A stretch of 64,000 bases of DNA. Source: Candidatus Gastranaerophilales bacterium (GTDB lineage: Bacteria > Cyanobacteriota > Vampirovibrionia > Gastranaerophilales > Gastranaerophilaceae). Both the position numbers and the translations under genes were made by a program. Of this stretch, positions 29,642 through 38,876 are shown piece after piece (positions within the stretch are counted from its first letter, which is position 1; each line of letters begins with the position of its first letter). The DNA lies in the NCBI GenBank assembly GCA_944324285.1, contig CALUVR010000003.1:1-64000 (forward strand). The letters are read 5' to 3'. The notes beneath the pieces are model-generated. The model saw only the letters and a list, made by a program, of their open reading frames with translations, made no database searches and had not been told where the DNA came from.

Positions 29642-30376
29642 TTATTTAGGCAGGCATTCCCAATAACCAAGTTCAGGGTTGTCAGGACACGTATCTTCCA
29701 GGGCAAATCCTGCACACCCTATTCCATTCATAGATTGTTTAGATTTGATTGAACATGGAAGCCCTGCAAGTCCGCCATATTGATTATTGTTGGCTTCTTC
29801 TTCCGTATATAGTTTTGACATCTTTCTTCCTATTATTTTGTCATCGGAACTTAAAATTCTAAAACTAAAGACATCAAACCCGTAGCGATTGGGAGCTTTT
29901 AAGCCATTTGTATCAATTAATAACCCAATCCCCATACCATCTAAACTAGCACTTATTGTAAAGTCAATAAGTGCTCCATTTGCCAGTGCATATTTAAATT
30001 TTGAGATAGCATAGCTTCCATTATCAGCAGATATTTCTTTGCTTCCGTCATAGGTTCTATACTTAGGCTGCATTTGTGAAGAGTAACTTACAAATTTCAG
30101 TTCCTTTGCAAATTCTTCTTTAAACTCATTGCTCTTATAATATCCTCCTCCATTTTCATCATATACAACATAATAATCATAAAGGCTTGAGAGTCCTGTA
30201 TCGGCTTTTAATTTAGTTATTGCTTGACCGAGCAACGAGTATGACGTTATAAATGCGGTTTGTAATACTTTGTTCTGATGCTTGTTAATCAATGCCGGCA
30301 GTGTCATCGCCGCTACAATCCCTATTATTCCAAGTGTAATAAGCACTTCTGCTAAAGTAAAAGCTTTGTTCCTCAT
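29642..30376 (-). CDS. prepilin-type N-terminal cleavage/methylation domain protein (pilin-like paralog 2)
   Basis: MRNKA|FTLAEVLITLGIIGIVAAMTLPALINK. C-terminal IDTNGLKAPNRYGFDVFSF motif. Confidence 0.8.
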   Translation of the reverse strand: MRNKAFTLAEVLITLGIIGIVAAMTLPALINKHQNKVLQTAFITSYSLLGQAITKLKADTGLSSLYDYYVVYDENGGGYYKSNEFKEEFAKELKFVSYSSQMQPKYRTYDGSKEISADNGSYAISKFKYALANGALIDFTISASLDGMGIGLLIDTNGLKAPNRYGFDVFSFRILSSDDKIIGRKMSKLYTEEEANNNQYGGLAGLPCSIKSKQSMNGIGCAGFALEDTCPDNPELGYWECLPK

Positions 30377-30390
30377 TAAACCTCCTTATA

Positions 30391-30449
30391 AAAATTTGCA
30401 CGCATGCAAATTTTGTCACCATATTACCATTAAAATTGCATGTATGCAA
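30391..30449. promoter_or_regulatory. operator-like inverted repeats in the divergent pilin-like / XRE intergenic region
   Basis: AAAATTTGCA-CGCA-TGCAAATTTT (10-bp perfect arms) at 30391-30414. TTGCAT-GT-ATGCAA at 30436-30449 overlaps the regulator start codon. Confidence 0.45.
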
Positions 30450-30665
30450 GAAAGTGATTTGGAAAATCTACAAAAACTCGGCAAAAGAATTAAAACTTTG
30501 AGAAAGTCAAAGAAGTATACACTTTCTGAGATTTGCTATAAAAACGGACTTGAACCTTCTACGCTTTCCCGCATTGAACAGGCAATTGTTGAGCCTAAAT
30601 ATTTAACTCTTTTAAAAATCGCTTCTGCTTTTAAAATGTCTGTCAGCGAACTTTTAAATTTTTAA
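30444..30665 (+). CDS. XRE-family helix-turn-helix transcriptional regulator (track ORF extended upstream to 30282)
   Basis: LGKRIKTLRKSKKYTLSEICYKNGLEPSTLSRIEQ HTH_3 pattern. Confidence 0.75.
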   Translation: MQESDLENLQKLGKRIKTLRKSKKYTLSEICYKNGLEPSTLSRIEQAIVEPKYLTLLKIASAFKMSVSELLNF

Positions 30666-31002
30666 ATTTTGTCATGGCTTTAAAGAGCATTTTTATATAT
30701 TTTGTCTATACTTTTAGACGCACACAAAAAAAATCGTTACAAAATTTTACAATTAAAACAGACAAAATTTTCGGAAATTTTGCCTGTTTTTGACTTTTGT
30801 TTATTAAATTTTCCTCTGAAAAATAAAATTTTCATTTAAAATTACTCTATTTTTATAAAAAAATACAAAAGGTCGTCTTAATATTGTCTTTACATTTAAG
30901 GCGCACGGCGCAATTTTTAATCTTGAGGGCTTTTAATCCGTTTGTAGTGTTGTTATAATTAAGTGTACATTAGACAACAATAAATCCAGACAAAAAGTAT
31001 TT

Positions 31003-32712
31003 ATGATTGAAAAGATTAGCGGAACAGGAAAACAATATACCCCTAAAAAGGATATACATAAAAATCAATCTCAGCAGCCGGCATTCAAGGGTGTTGGTGA
31101 CCTTCTTATAAAAGGTATCCAGGCTTGTGAAAAAGAGCCTATGGTTAATGTGTCCGTGCTGGATTTATCTACGGCAATTCTGCCGAGAACTTTTTTTGAA
31201 ACGTTTATCGGTTCAAAAAAGAAAGATGAAAACGGAAACGAGAAAAAAGAGCGTCATTTAAATATTCAGGGAGGATTTGAAGCTTTTAGGCGTGAATCTT
31301 CAGGACTTATTATCAACTGCCTTATCCCGGGCTTTATTGTAGCTGGTGTAGCATCATTAATGCAAAAACCGATTATGGGGCATTTCACAAAGCATAAGGC
31401 AGGTCTTTCGCACTGCTGGGCTAATGGCGACGCTTTAAGTAAAATTGAAAAATATTATAAAGAATCAAAAGGCGCTGATAAAGAAACTCGTATATTTAAT
31501 ACTCTGAAAAATACTTTTGACAATATTTCCGGAGTTACGGGCGATATTGACAAGGGCGGCGAAAAACATTTTAAAGATATTCTGGCTAATGATGATGAAT
31601 ATATTAATATTCTAAAAAAATGGGCTAAGAATATAGTTTCGGAAAACCCTGATAAGAAAATTAATGCAGAAGCTTACAGGGAAATAATTAAAAGAACAGG
31701 AATTTCTGAAAACATCAAATTTGCAGGAGATAAAGGATATTTTTCAAACAACCTCCAATCTCTCTGCGACAGTATGTCAAAAGTTCTGCATAACGTGACA
31801 AAGCTTGATGTTGACGATAAAAATATTGCAGAATACTTTAAGCGTGCAAGGAAACTTGTTAACTGGAAGAGTATTGCAGGGCTTGGCGTAATTATTCCGC
31901 TTGCGATATCTGCACAACCTATTAACAGATGGATTACTCATAAACTTTCAGGCAAAAAAGGCGCTCCGATTTACAATGACGATAAAGAACGCGTTCTGAC
32001 ACCTGAAGAAAAGAAAAAATTAACAGCGCAAAAATTCTTTGCGGTGCCATTGATGTGGGGTGTTGCAGGACTTTCAATGTGGATGGACAGACCGAGCCTC
32101 AAGATGTTCCAGTTTAAAAACATCTTTCCGACAATGGACCAGGCAAGAATAATATCAGCCGCAACTTTCTCCAGCCGTATCGCAACTTCTGAAGATTCAA
32201 ATGAATTAAAAGAAAATACAATTCGAGATATTGCAACCTTCTCAAGCTTCTATTTCTTAGGCGATTATGCGGCAAAAGCAATCGCAACCCTCTTAGATAA
32301 ATACAATAAAGATTCACAGTTGTTGACCCACTTGAAAAATTCAAAAGAGGGTGATAATATAATCAAGCGATTCTGGAACTGGGCAAAACATACATCTATC
32401 AAGTCGACCGATGAAATTATGGCGATAAAAGATGAAGTTCTGAGAAATAAAAACAAAAACCTTAGATCAATCTGCCAGCTTGGAAATATTGCATTCTCAC
32501 TTATTTCTCTGGGGATATTTATTCCTGTCTACACAAGAACCCAGGTTAATAAAAAAGAACGTGAAAGATTGGAAGCACTAAAAAAAGAACAGGCTGCAAA
32601 TCAGACAGTCGAAGATGCACATCAAATTAAAGCTCAGACAAATCCGGCAGCACAGCAATTTTCCGGGAAGGTAACCAAAACTCCGCCGTTTAAGGCATTC
32701 TTTAACTCATAA
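31003..32712 (+). CDS. hypothetical multi-pass membrane protein, paralog A (569 aa)
   Basis: Four to five hydrophobic segments, for example LIINCLIPGFIVAGVASLM and IAGLGVIIPLAISAQPINRWI. Q/N/E-rich C-terminal tail. Paralogous to the downstream gene. Confidence 0.7.
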   Translation: MIEKISGTGKQYTPKKDIHKNQSQQPAFKGVGDLLIKGIQACEKEPMVNVSVLDLSTAILPRTFFETFIGSKKKDENGNEKKERHLNIQGGFEAFRRESSGLIINCLIPGFIVAGVASLMQKPIMGHFTKHKAGLSHCWANGDALSKIEKYYKESKGADKETRIFNTLKNTFDNISGVTGDIDKGGEKHFKDILANDDEYINILKKWAKNIVSENPDKKINAEAYREIIKRTGISENIKFAGDKGYFSNNLQSLCDSMSKVLHNVTKLDVDDKNIAEYFKRARKLVNWKSIAGLGVIIPLAISAQPINRWITHKLSGKKGAPIYNDDKERVLTPEEKKKLTAQKFFAVPLMWGVAGLSMWMDRPSLKMFQFKNIFPTMDQARIISAATFSSRIATSEDSNELKENTIRDIATFSSFYFLGDYAAKAIATLLDKYNKDSQLLTHLKNSKEGDNIIKRFWNWAKHTSIKSTDEIMAIKDEVLRNKNKNLRSICQLGNIAFSLISLGIFIPVYTRTQVNKKERERLEALKKEQAANQTVEDAHQIKAQTNPAAQQFSGKVTKTPPFKAFFNS

Positions 32713-32723
32713 AGGAAACATAA

Positions 32724-34424
32724 ATGAAAGTTCAGCACATAACCCCGCAAAATATAAATAGTAAAAAAGAAAGCAAAGAAGATGTACGATTTAGAGGCTT
32801 TGCTGACACTGCGGCACTTGCAGGAACAACAGCTTTAAGATTTTTTGATGTAAATCAGGCAATCGGTGCAAATACAATGGATCTTTGCACAATGGTTCTG
32901 CCGCGTACAATTTATGATTTTCACAAAAGAGGTCCTCTTGCGGGTATTGAAACAGGCAGAAGAGAATCCGCAGGAACATTCAACCATGCAATGGTCGGGG
33001 TATACGGAACTGTCGCAGGCGCTGCACTTGCTTATACTTTGAAAAATAAATACGGCTTTAATATGAACCATATTTTTGCCGATAACAATACTATTGATAT
33101 TATCGCAAATATTCATAACGAGTCAGTGCAATCTAAGGCTAGTGATCCTCTGAAAAATTCCTTAAATAAAATATTAGAAAGTATAAAAGTAAGGAATTCT
33201 GAAGCAGATGCAGAAACCGGCTGGGTTGGAATTAAAGAGGAAGCGCGTGCTAAAGTCGTTGAAAAACTTCACGAAAAATTAAGCGACAAATCTCTGAAAA
33301 AACTCGATAAAGAAGCACGTGATTATATTTATTCTGTGATTACCTCCTCGACAGGCGGAGAAAAGAGCGTTAAACTTTCAGCCTTTAATAAGGAATCTGA
33401 AACAAGTTTAAAAAATATGATTTCAAATATTTATAACATAATGCAGTCTTTTGAGACTGAAGATGTTAAGAAAATATTTGAAAAAACTTCTGATTTAAAA
33501 TCAAATGAATTTATAAAATCTCTAAGGCACTTTAACCTGCACAGAGCTGCTGCAGGGCTTGGTTTTGCGACATTGTTCGGGGTGTCTGTTCAGCCTTTGA
33601 ATATGTATCTTACCAAAAAGAAAACAGGTCAGGACGGCTTTGTCGGAGTTCCGGGGCGCCAGAAAGATAATTCAGCCCAATTTAAATTAGAAAAAATCCT
33701 TGCCGGATTAATTTTTGCAACTGCTGCAATTGCGACCATTACAACAAAACCGAAAGAACTTATGTCAAAAGTTCAGTTTCAAGGAATGCTTCCGACCATT
33801 AACCAGTTAAAAATGGTTTACGGTATAACAATTGCATCTCGTTTAGTGTCTGCACGCGACAGAGATGAACTTAGAGAATCTGCAGTTAAAGATACATTAG
33901 GTTTTGCAAGCCTTCTCGTTCTCGGCAGCCTTATTACAAAAGGTACCGCAAAACTTCTTGATAAGAGCGGTTCTTTAATCAATATGGCTAAAAAAGACGG
34001 TGAAGGATTTATGAAATGGCTTACTAATTCAAGTCTTAAAACAAGAGATGAAGTCCTCTATTCCGCACTTGAAAAACACGGAATTTCAACTGTAAAAGAC
34101 GGAAAGGCTCTGCCGTTTAAAGAATTGATGAAACTCTTGCCGAAAGAAGATAAATTAACCCGCGTAAAACTCCGCCATTTGAATATTGCACAGCTTGTCG
34201 GATACGCATATTCAGCAATTGTACTCGGTTTTGGAATTCCGAAATTGAACGATTATATGACGCGTAAAAATGAAGCAAAACGGCTTGCAAAGCTCGCGGC
34301 GCAGCAGAATGAAAATCAATCGCAACCGAATAAGCAGCAGAGTGAACAGGCAGTTTCAGCGAGCGGGAAGCAAAATTTCACAGCAAACTACACAATAGAT
34401 AAAAACAAGTTTCTTGCAGCATAA
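32724..34424 (+). CDS. hypothetical multi-pass membrane protein, paralog B (566 aa)
   Basis: Collinear motifs with paralog A: LPRTIYDF vs LPRTFFETF, RRESAG vs RRESSG, AAGLGFATLFGVSVQPLNMYLTKKKTGQDG vs IAGLGVIIPLAISAQPINRWITHKLSGKKG, and the shared C-terminal hydrophobic segment. Confidence 0.7.
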   Translation: MKVQHITPQNINSKKESKEDVRFRGFADTAALAGTTALRFFDVNQAIGANTMDLCTMVLPRTIYDFHKRGPLAGIETGRRESAGTFNHAMVGVYGTVAGAALAYTLKNKYGFNMNHIFADNNTIDIIANIHNESVQSKASDPLKNSLNKILESIKVRNSEADAETGWVGIKEEARAKVVEKLHEKLSDKSLKKLDKEARDYIYSVITSSTGGEKSVKLSAFNKESETSLKNMISNIYNIMQSFETEDVKKIFEKTSDLKSNEFIKSLRHFNLHRAAAGLGFATLFGVSVQPLNMYLTKKKTGQDGFVGVPGRQKDNSAQFKLEKILAGLIFATAAIATITTKPKELMSKVQFQGMLPTINQLKMVYGITIASRLVSARDRDELRESAVKDTLGFASLLVLGSLITKGTAKLLDKSGSLINMAKKDGEGFMKWLTNSSLKTRDEVLYSALEKHGISTVKDGKALPFKELMKLLPKEDKLTRVKLRHLNIAQLVGYAYSAIVLGFGIPKLNDYMTRKNEAKRLAKLAAQQNENQSQPNKQQSEQAVSASGKQNFTANYTIDKNKFLAA

Positions 34425-34521
34425 AACGTGTGCGCCTGCAGAACAACTTTAAGTAAGCTCATCTTTAAAGTGATTTATGATATGACTGCACTGCAAATAT
34501 GGTAGACAAAAACATTTTCAA

Positions 34522-35727
34522 TCATACAAAATGTTTTTGTTTTTTGAGTTCTGCAAGCTCCTCCTGATAAGGAGAAATACTTCTGATTTTCTCAATAATC
34601 CCCGGAAGAACCTCGTTTACGTAATCAATTTCTTTTTCTGTTGTATATTTACTCAAAGAGAAACGAATGCTTCCGTGGATTGCCGTAAACGGAACGTTCA
34701 TTGCTCTTAATACATGGCTCGGTTCTAGAGATCCGGAGGTGCAGGCACTGCCGGAACTTGCGCAGATACCTAAATCACTCAGGTGAAGAAGAATTAATTC
34801 ACCTTCAATATATTCAAACCCAATATTTGTAGTATTAGGAACTCTCGGCGCTGCGCCTGTATTAAGCCGTGCGTTATAAATGTTTTTCAAAATACCTGTT
34901 TCAAGTTTATCACGCAGACGTTTAACCTCGGTCGCCTCATATTTTAAAAAGTCAGTTGCAATTTCAGCAGCCTTGCCTAATCCTACAATATACGGAACAT
35001 TTTCAGTACCTGCACGTTTGCCGCGTTCCTGATGTCCGCCGATAATTAAAGGGGTAATTATGGTTTTCGAGTTGCAATAAAGTGCACCTACACCTTTCGG
35101 TGCGTGGAATTTGTGTCCGGAAATTCCCAGTAAATCAACGCCAAGCTCCTGAACATCAATAGGAATTTTTCCCGCGACCTGGACAGCATCCACAAAGAAT
35201 TTTGTCTGCGGATTACGTTTTTTGATAATTTCAGAAATCTTTTGTATCGGATTAATTACACCTGTTTCGTTATTTGCGTACATAATTGACACAAGCGCCG
35301 TATCGTAATGGATTGCATCTTCAAGTTGTGCTAAATCCAGTTCCCCGTTGGAATTTACACCTATATAATCAACCGCATAACCTTCTTTTTCCAAGGTTTG
35401 ATATAAATTCAAAACACAAGGGTGTTCAACTTTTGTTGTAATAATATGTTTTTTATTTTTATTCATATTAAGAACGCCGCGGATTGCCATATTAGCGCTC
35501 TCTGAACCGCAGGAGGTAAATATAATCTCTTTTTCGTTTGCAGCGTTAAAGAAATCTTTTAATTTTCCGCGAGCCTCTTTCATAGCATGTGCAGGTTCTT
35601 TAGCAAATTCATACATACTTGAAGGGTTGCCGTAATATTCTTTCATATATGGAAGCATAGCTTCAAGCACTTTATCATCTATACGTGTCGTCGCGTTATT
35701 ATCAAGGTAAATTAATTTGTTGTCCAT
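34522..35727 (-). CDS. nifS: cysteine desulfurase NifS/IscS (class V aminotransferase)
   Basis: IYLDNNATT...PLP-lysine region SGHKF, C-terminal active-site Cys loop SSGSACTSG. Confidence 0.85.
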   Translation of the reverse strand: MDNKLIYLDNNATTRIDDKVLEAMLPYMKEYYGNPSSMYEFAKEPAHAMKEARGKLKDFFNAANEKEIIFTSCGSESANMAIRGVLNMNKNKKHIITTKVEHPCVLNLYQTLEKEGYAVDYIGVNSNGELDLAQLEDAIHYDTALVSIMYANNETGVINPIQKISEIIKKRNPQTKFFVDAVQVAGKIPIDVQELGVDLLGISGHKFHAPKGVGALYCNSKTIITPLIIGGHQERGKRAGTENVPYIVGLGKAAEIATDFLKYEATEVKRLRDKLETGILKNIYNARLNTGAAPRVPNTTNIGFEYIEGELILLHLSDLGICASSGSACTSGSLEPSHVLRAMNVPFTAIHGSIRFSLSKYTTEKEIDYVNEVLPGIIEKIRSISPYQEELAELKKQKHFV

Positions 35728-36569
35728 TATGCACCTACCTCTATAACCTCAATATCTTTACTTACAGCCTCTCTCAAAGAAGTTTCGACAAAAGCTTTCA
35801 GTGTGAGCGTTGAATTTTTACAACCGGAACACTTTCCGCGAAGTTTGACGTAAACCTTGTTTCCGTCAATATCAACAAGGGTAATATCTCCGCCGTCTTT
35901 TTGTAATTCAGGAGAGATTTGTTTTTCTATTATTGTATTTATTTTTAAGATTTTTTGCGCAGGCGAAAGCCCTTCTGTTTTCTGACTTTCTTCTTTTTTA
36001 TAGTAAGTATCTATAATATCCTGAATAAGACCTCTGCATTTTCCGCAGGCACCGCCGGCTTTTGTGTAATTTGTAATTTCTTCAACTGTTTTAAGTCCGT
36101 TTTGTTTAATAGCATCCCAGATAACATTCTCGGTTACACCAAAGCATGTGCATACAATCTTCTGTTTCTTTTCTTCATCTGCTCTGATATCTTCAAGATC
36201 CTGATAATCTTCATAACCCTGAAGTGCGTCTTCCAGGGCTTCATAACCCATAACCGAACAGTGCATTTTTTCAGGCGGCAAGCCTTCCAACTGATCTGCT
36301 ATATCCTTATTGGTAATTTTTCTGACTTCGGATATCGGTTTTCCGATAATCATTTCAGTCAAGATGCTTGAACTTGCAACAGCCGAGCCGCAGCCGAATG
36401 TCTGGAATTTCGCATCTGTTACAATTCCGTTTTTTATTTTTAAATATATTTTCAACTGGTCGCCACAGGCAAGAGAACCTGCAGAACCGACAGCGTCAGC
36501 ATCATCAATTTTTCCGACATTACGCGGATTTCTGTAATGATCCATAACTTTTTCAGAGTAATCCCACAT
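35727..36569 (-). CDS. nifU: Fe-S cluster assembly scaffold NifU (full-length: IscU-like, central 2Fe-2S and C-terminal NifU domains)
   Basis: MWDYSEKVMDHYRNPRNVGK...GSLACGD...C-terminal CxxC; 1-nt TAATG overlap with nifS. Confidence 0.85.
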   Translation of the reverse strand: MWDYSEKVMDHYRNPRNVGKIDDADAVGSAGSLACGDQLKIYLKIKNGIVTDAKFQTFGCGSAVASSSILTEMIIGKPISEVRKITNKDIADQLEGLPPEKMHCSVMGYEALEDALQGYEDYQDLEDIRADEEKKQKIVCTCFGVTENVIWDAIKQNGLKTVEEITNYTKAGGACGKCRGLIQDIIDTYYKKEESQKTEGLSPAQKILKINTIIEKQISPELQKDGGDITLVDIDGNKVYVKLRGKCSGCKNSTLTLKAFVETSLREAVSKDIEVIEVGA

Positions 36570-36799
36570 AATTTATTTCCTTTATCTTATCTCTAACCGT
36601 AATTACATTTTATCTCAAACAGAAGAAGTTGAGTAATACCTTAATGAATAATTAATGTTTTTATAAACATAGTGTGTTAAATAAATTTTCCCGACTACGC
36701 TCCCGCTCGCATTCCCGCTATTGTCTCGAAAAATCATTCAACACCCTTGATATTAACGTATTCAGTTGTTAAAATAAAACACATAAGAAGGAGAAAAAG

Positions 36800-38077
36800 A
36801 TGGACATAAAATCAGTTATTATGGCTGCCGGAAAAGGCACCCGAATGAAATCAGAAACCCCGAAAGTTTTACACGAAATCTTTGGCAAACCGCTTTTAGG
36901 TTATATATTGGATAACGTAAAAAATATTACAAACGAAAACTTTGTAATTGTCGGACACTGCGCCGAACAGGTTAAAGATTACGTTGAAAAGAATTACGAA
37001 AACGCAAAAACTGTTCTGCAGTCTCCGCAATTGGGAACGGGACATGCAGTTTCTATGGCGTGTCCAATGCTGAAAGATTTCAAAGGTCTTGTACTTATTC
37101 TTAACGGAGATATCCCTCTGATTACGGAAGAAACCCTGAAAAATTTTATAGACTTTCATAAACAAAAAAATTCAGACCTAACAATTATGAGTGCAATTTT
37201 TGATGACCCGTCAGGATTAGGGCGAATTATCAGAGAACCTGATAGCTCTTTAAAATGTATTGTAGAAGAAAAAGACACAACGCCTGAGCAAAAAGCTGTA
37301 AAAGAGATTAACGCTGGCATTTACTGCTTAGACTGGGAGAAAATCCAGCCTGCTTTCTCCCAGCTATCAAATAACAACGCGCAGGGTGAATATTACCTTA
37401 CAGACATTATTGAATGGGGTAAGAAAAACGGATTATCAGTTCATGCATATATTATGGAAAATAATGAAGAAAGCTTCGGCATAAATTCCCGTCTGCACCT
37501 TGCCCAAGCTACAAAAATCATGCAGAGAAGAATTAACGAAAAACTTATGATAAACGGCGTCACAATAGTAGACACTGAAACGACATACATAAGTGCGGAT
37601 ACTGAAATCGGACAGGACACAATTATTTATCCGTCAACATACATAGAAGGCAAAAATAAAATCGGTAAAAATTGCAAAATCGGACCTTGCGCACACCTGA
37701 GAGGCGGGGTTGAGATTGAGGACAACGTTAAAATCGGGAACTTTGTTGAAGTCAAAAAATCAAAAATAGGTTCAAACACAAATGCCGGTCACCTTTCATA
37801 TATAGGTGACAGCGAAGTCGGCTCTCACGTAAATATAGGTGCCGGAACAATCACTGCAAATTACAACCCTTTAACAAAAGAAAAATCAAAAACAGTTTTA
37901 AAGGATAACGTAAAAGTTGGTTCAAATACAGTTCTTGTTGCACCTGTCACAGTTGATGAAGGCGCAAATATCGGAGCATTAAGTGTGATTACCAAAAATG
38001 TTCCGGCGTGGGCGCTTGCTCTGACCCGTTCTCCGATGCGGGTTATTGCGGATTGGGTTAAGACGCAGTTGAAATAA
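36800..38077 (+). CDS. glmU: bifunctional UDP-N-acetylglucosamine pyrophosphorylase / glucosamine-1-phosphate N-acetyltransferase
   Basis: MAAGKGTRMKSETPKVLH nucleotidyltransferase motif. C-terminal left-handed beta-helix hexapeptide repeats. Confidence 0.85.
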   Translation: MDIKSVIMAAGKGTRMKSETPKVLHEIFGKPLLGYILDNVKNITNENFVIVGHCAEQVKDYVEKNYENAKTVLQSPQLGTGHAVSMACPMLKDFKGLVLILNGDIPLITEETLKNFIDFHKQKNSDLTIMSAIFDDPSGLGRIIREPDSSLKCIVEEKDTTPEQKAVKEINAGIYCLDWEKIQPAFSQLSNNNAQGEYYLTDIIEWGKKNGLSVHAYIMENNEESFGINSRLHLAQATKIMQRRINEKLMINGVTIVDTETTYISADTEIGQDTIIYPSTYIEGKNKIGKNCKIGPCAHLRGGVEIEDNVKIGNFVEVKKSKIGSNTNAGHLSYIGDSEVGSHVNIGAGTITANYNPLTKEKSKTVLKDNVKVGSNTVLVAPVTVDEGANIGALSVITKNVPAWALALTRSPMRVIADWVKTQLK

Positions 38078-38084
38078 GAATAGG

Positions 38085-38215
38085 AGCATTACTAAAAGCT
38101 GGATTGCTTTGCCGCTTTTGCTCCCCGCAAATACTCGAAAAACTTTCTAAAACCTCTTTCTCGTAAATCCTGCAAAAGTGAAAGTCCTCAGGATGACAAA
38201 GTTTTTCTTCCAGGC
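38085..38215. repeat. degenerate copy of the intergenic repeat modules (GCTGGATTGCTT..., CCTCAGGATGACA)
   Basis: 11-13-nt matches to modules found at 18080/18227 and 53670. Confidence 0.4.
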
Positions 38216-38243
38216 GCATAGTGTATCAGGCTCTTAGTATCCT

Positions 38244-38795
38244 TTAAAACATAGGTTTCAGGCGCCGCGGATGGCGGTAGCCTGAATGTCCGATAAGCTT
38301 TTGCTTGCTGCTTCTGTCTGTTTTCATATAAATTGCAAAAGTTCCGGATGGACGTGCAAAACGGTCTGTGTATGTAGCAGTATTTGTCATATCTATGTAA
38401 AGAACATTCTCTATTGGAAAATCTTTTGATAAGTCATTTAATTCAAGTTTTCCGTTTAATTTTACTGAAACGAGTCTTATTCCAGCTTTTTTTAATTCGT
38501 CTGATGTTATTTTGGAAAGATCTTTATCGCTGTCAAGTTCATATAAAGATTCAAATAACTGTTTCTTTTGCCTGTCGCATCCGACTAAATCCTTGTAAGA
38601 ATAATTCCCGTCAACTCTTGTTTTTAAAAAGTAGTAGTTAGTATCCCCGACTTTTACCCAAAATGGTGTCGGTGTCGAAAATTTTGATGAAAAAATCGTG
38701 TAATGTAGTGCTCCGAAACCGTTAAAACTTGTCGCACTAAAAACAGCACCAGCTGCAGAAAAAACAATAAGAATACTTAAGAAAAATTTTTTCAT
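38244..38795 (-). CDS. hypothetical secreted protein with signal peptide
   Basis: MKKFFLSILIVFSAAGAVFSA signal peptide. No other motif. Confidence 0.55.
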   Translation of the reverse strand: MKKFFLSILIVFSAAGAVFSATSFNGFGALHYTIFSSKFSTPTPFWVKVGDTNYYFLKTRVDGNYSYKDLVGCDRQKKQLFESLYELDSDKDLSKITSDELKKAGIRLVSVKLNGKLELNDLSKDFPIENVLYIDMTNTATYTDRFARPSGTFAIYMKTDRSSKQKLIGHSGYRHPRRLKPMF

Positions 38796-38876
38796 ATCAT
38801 AATCCTTCCGCTATCTATTATAACGAAAATATAACGTAATAGTTCAACCCTAATATGTTTGGTGTAAAATTTAATT

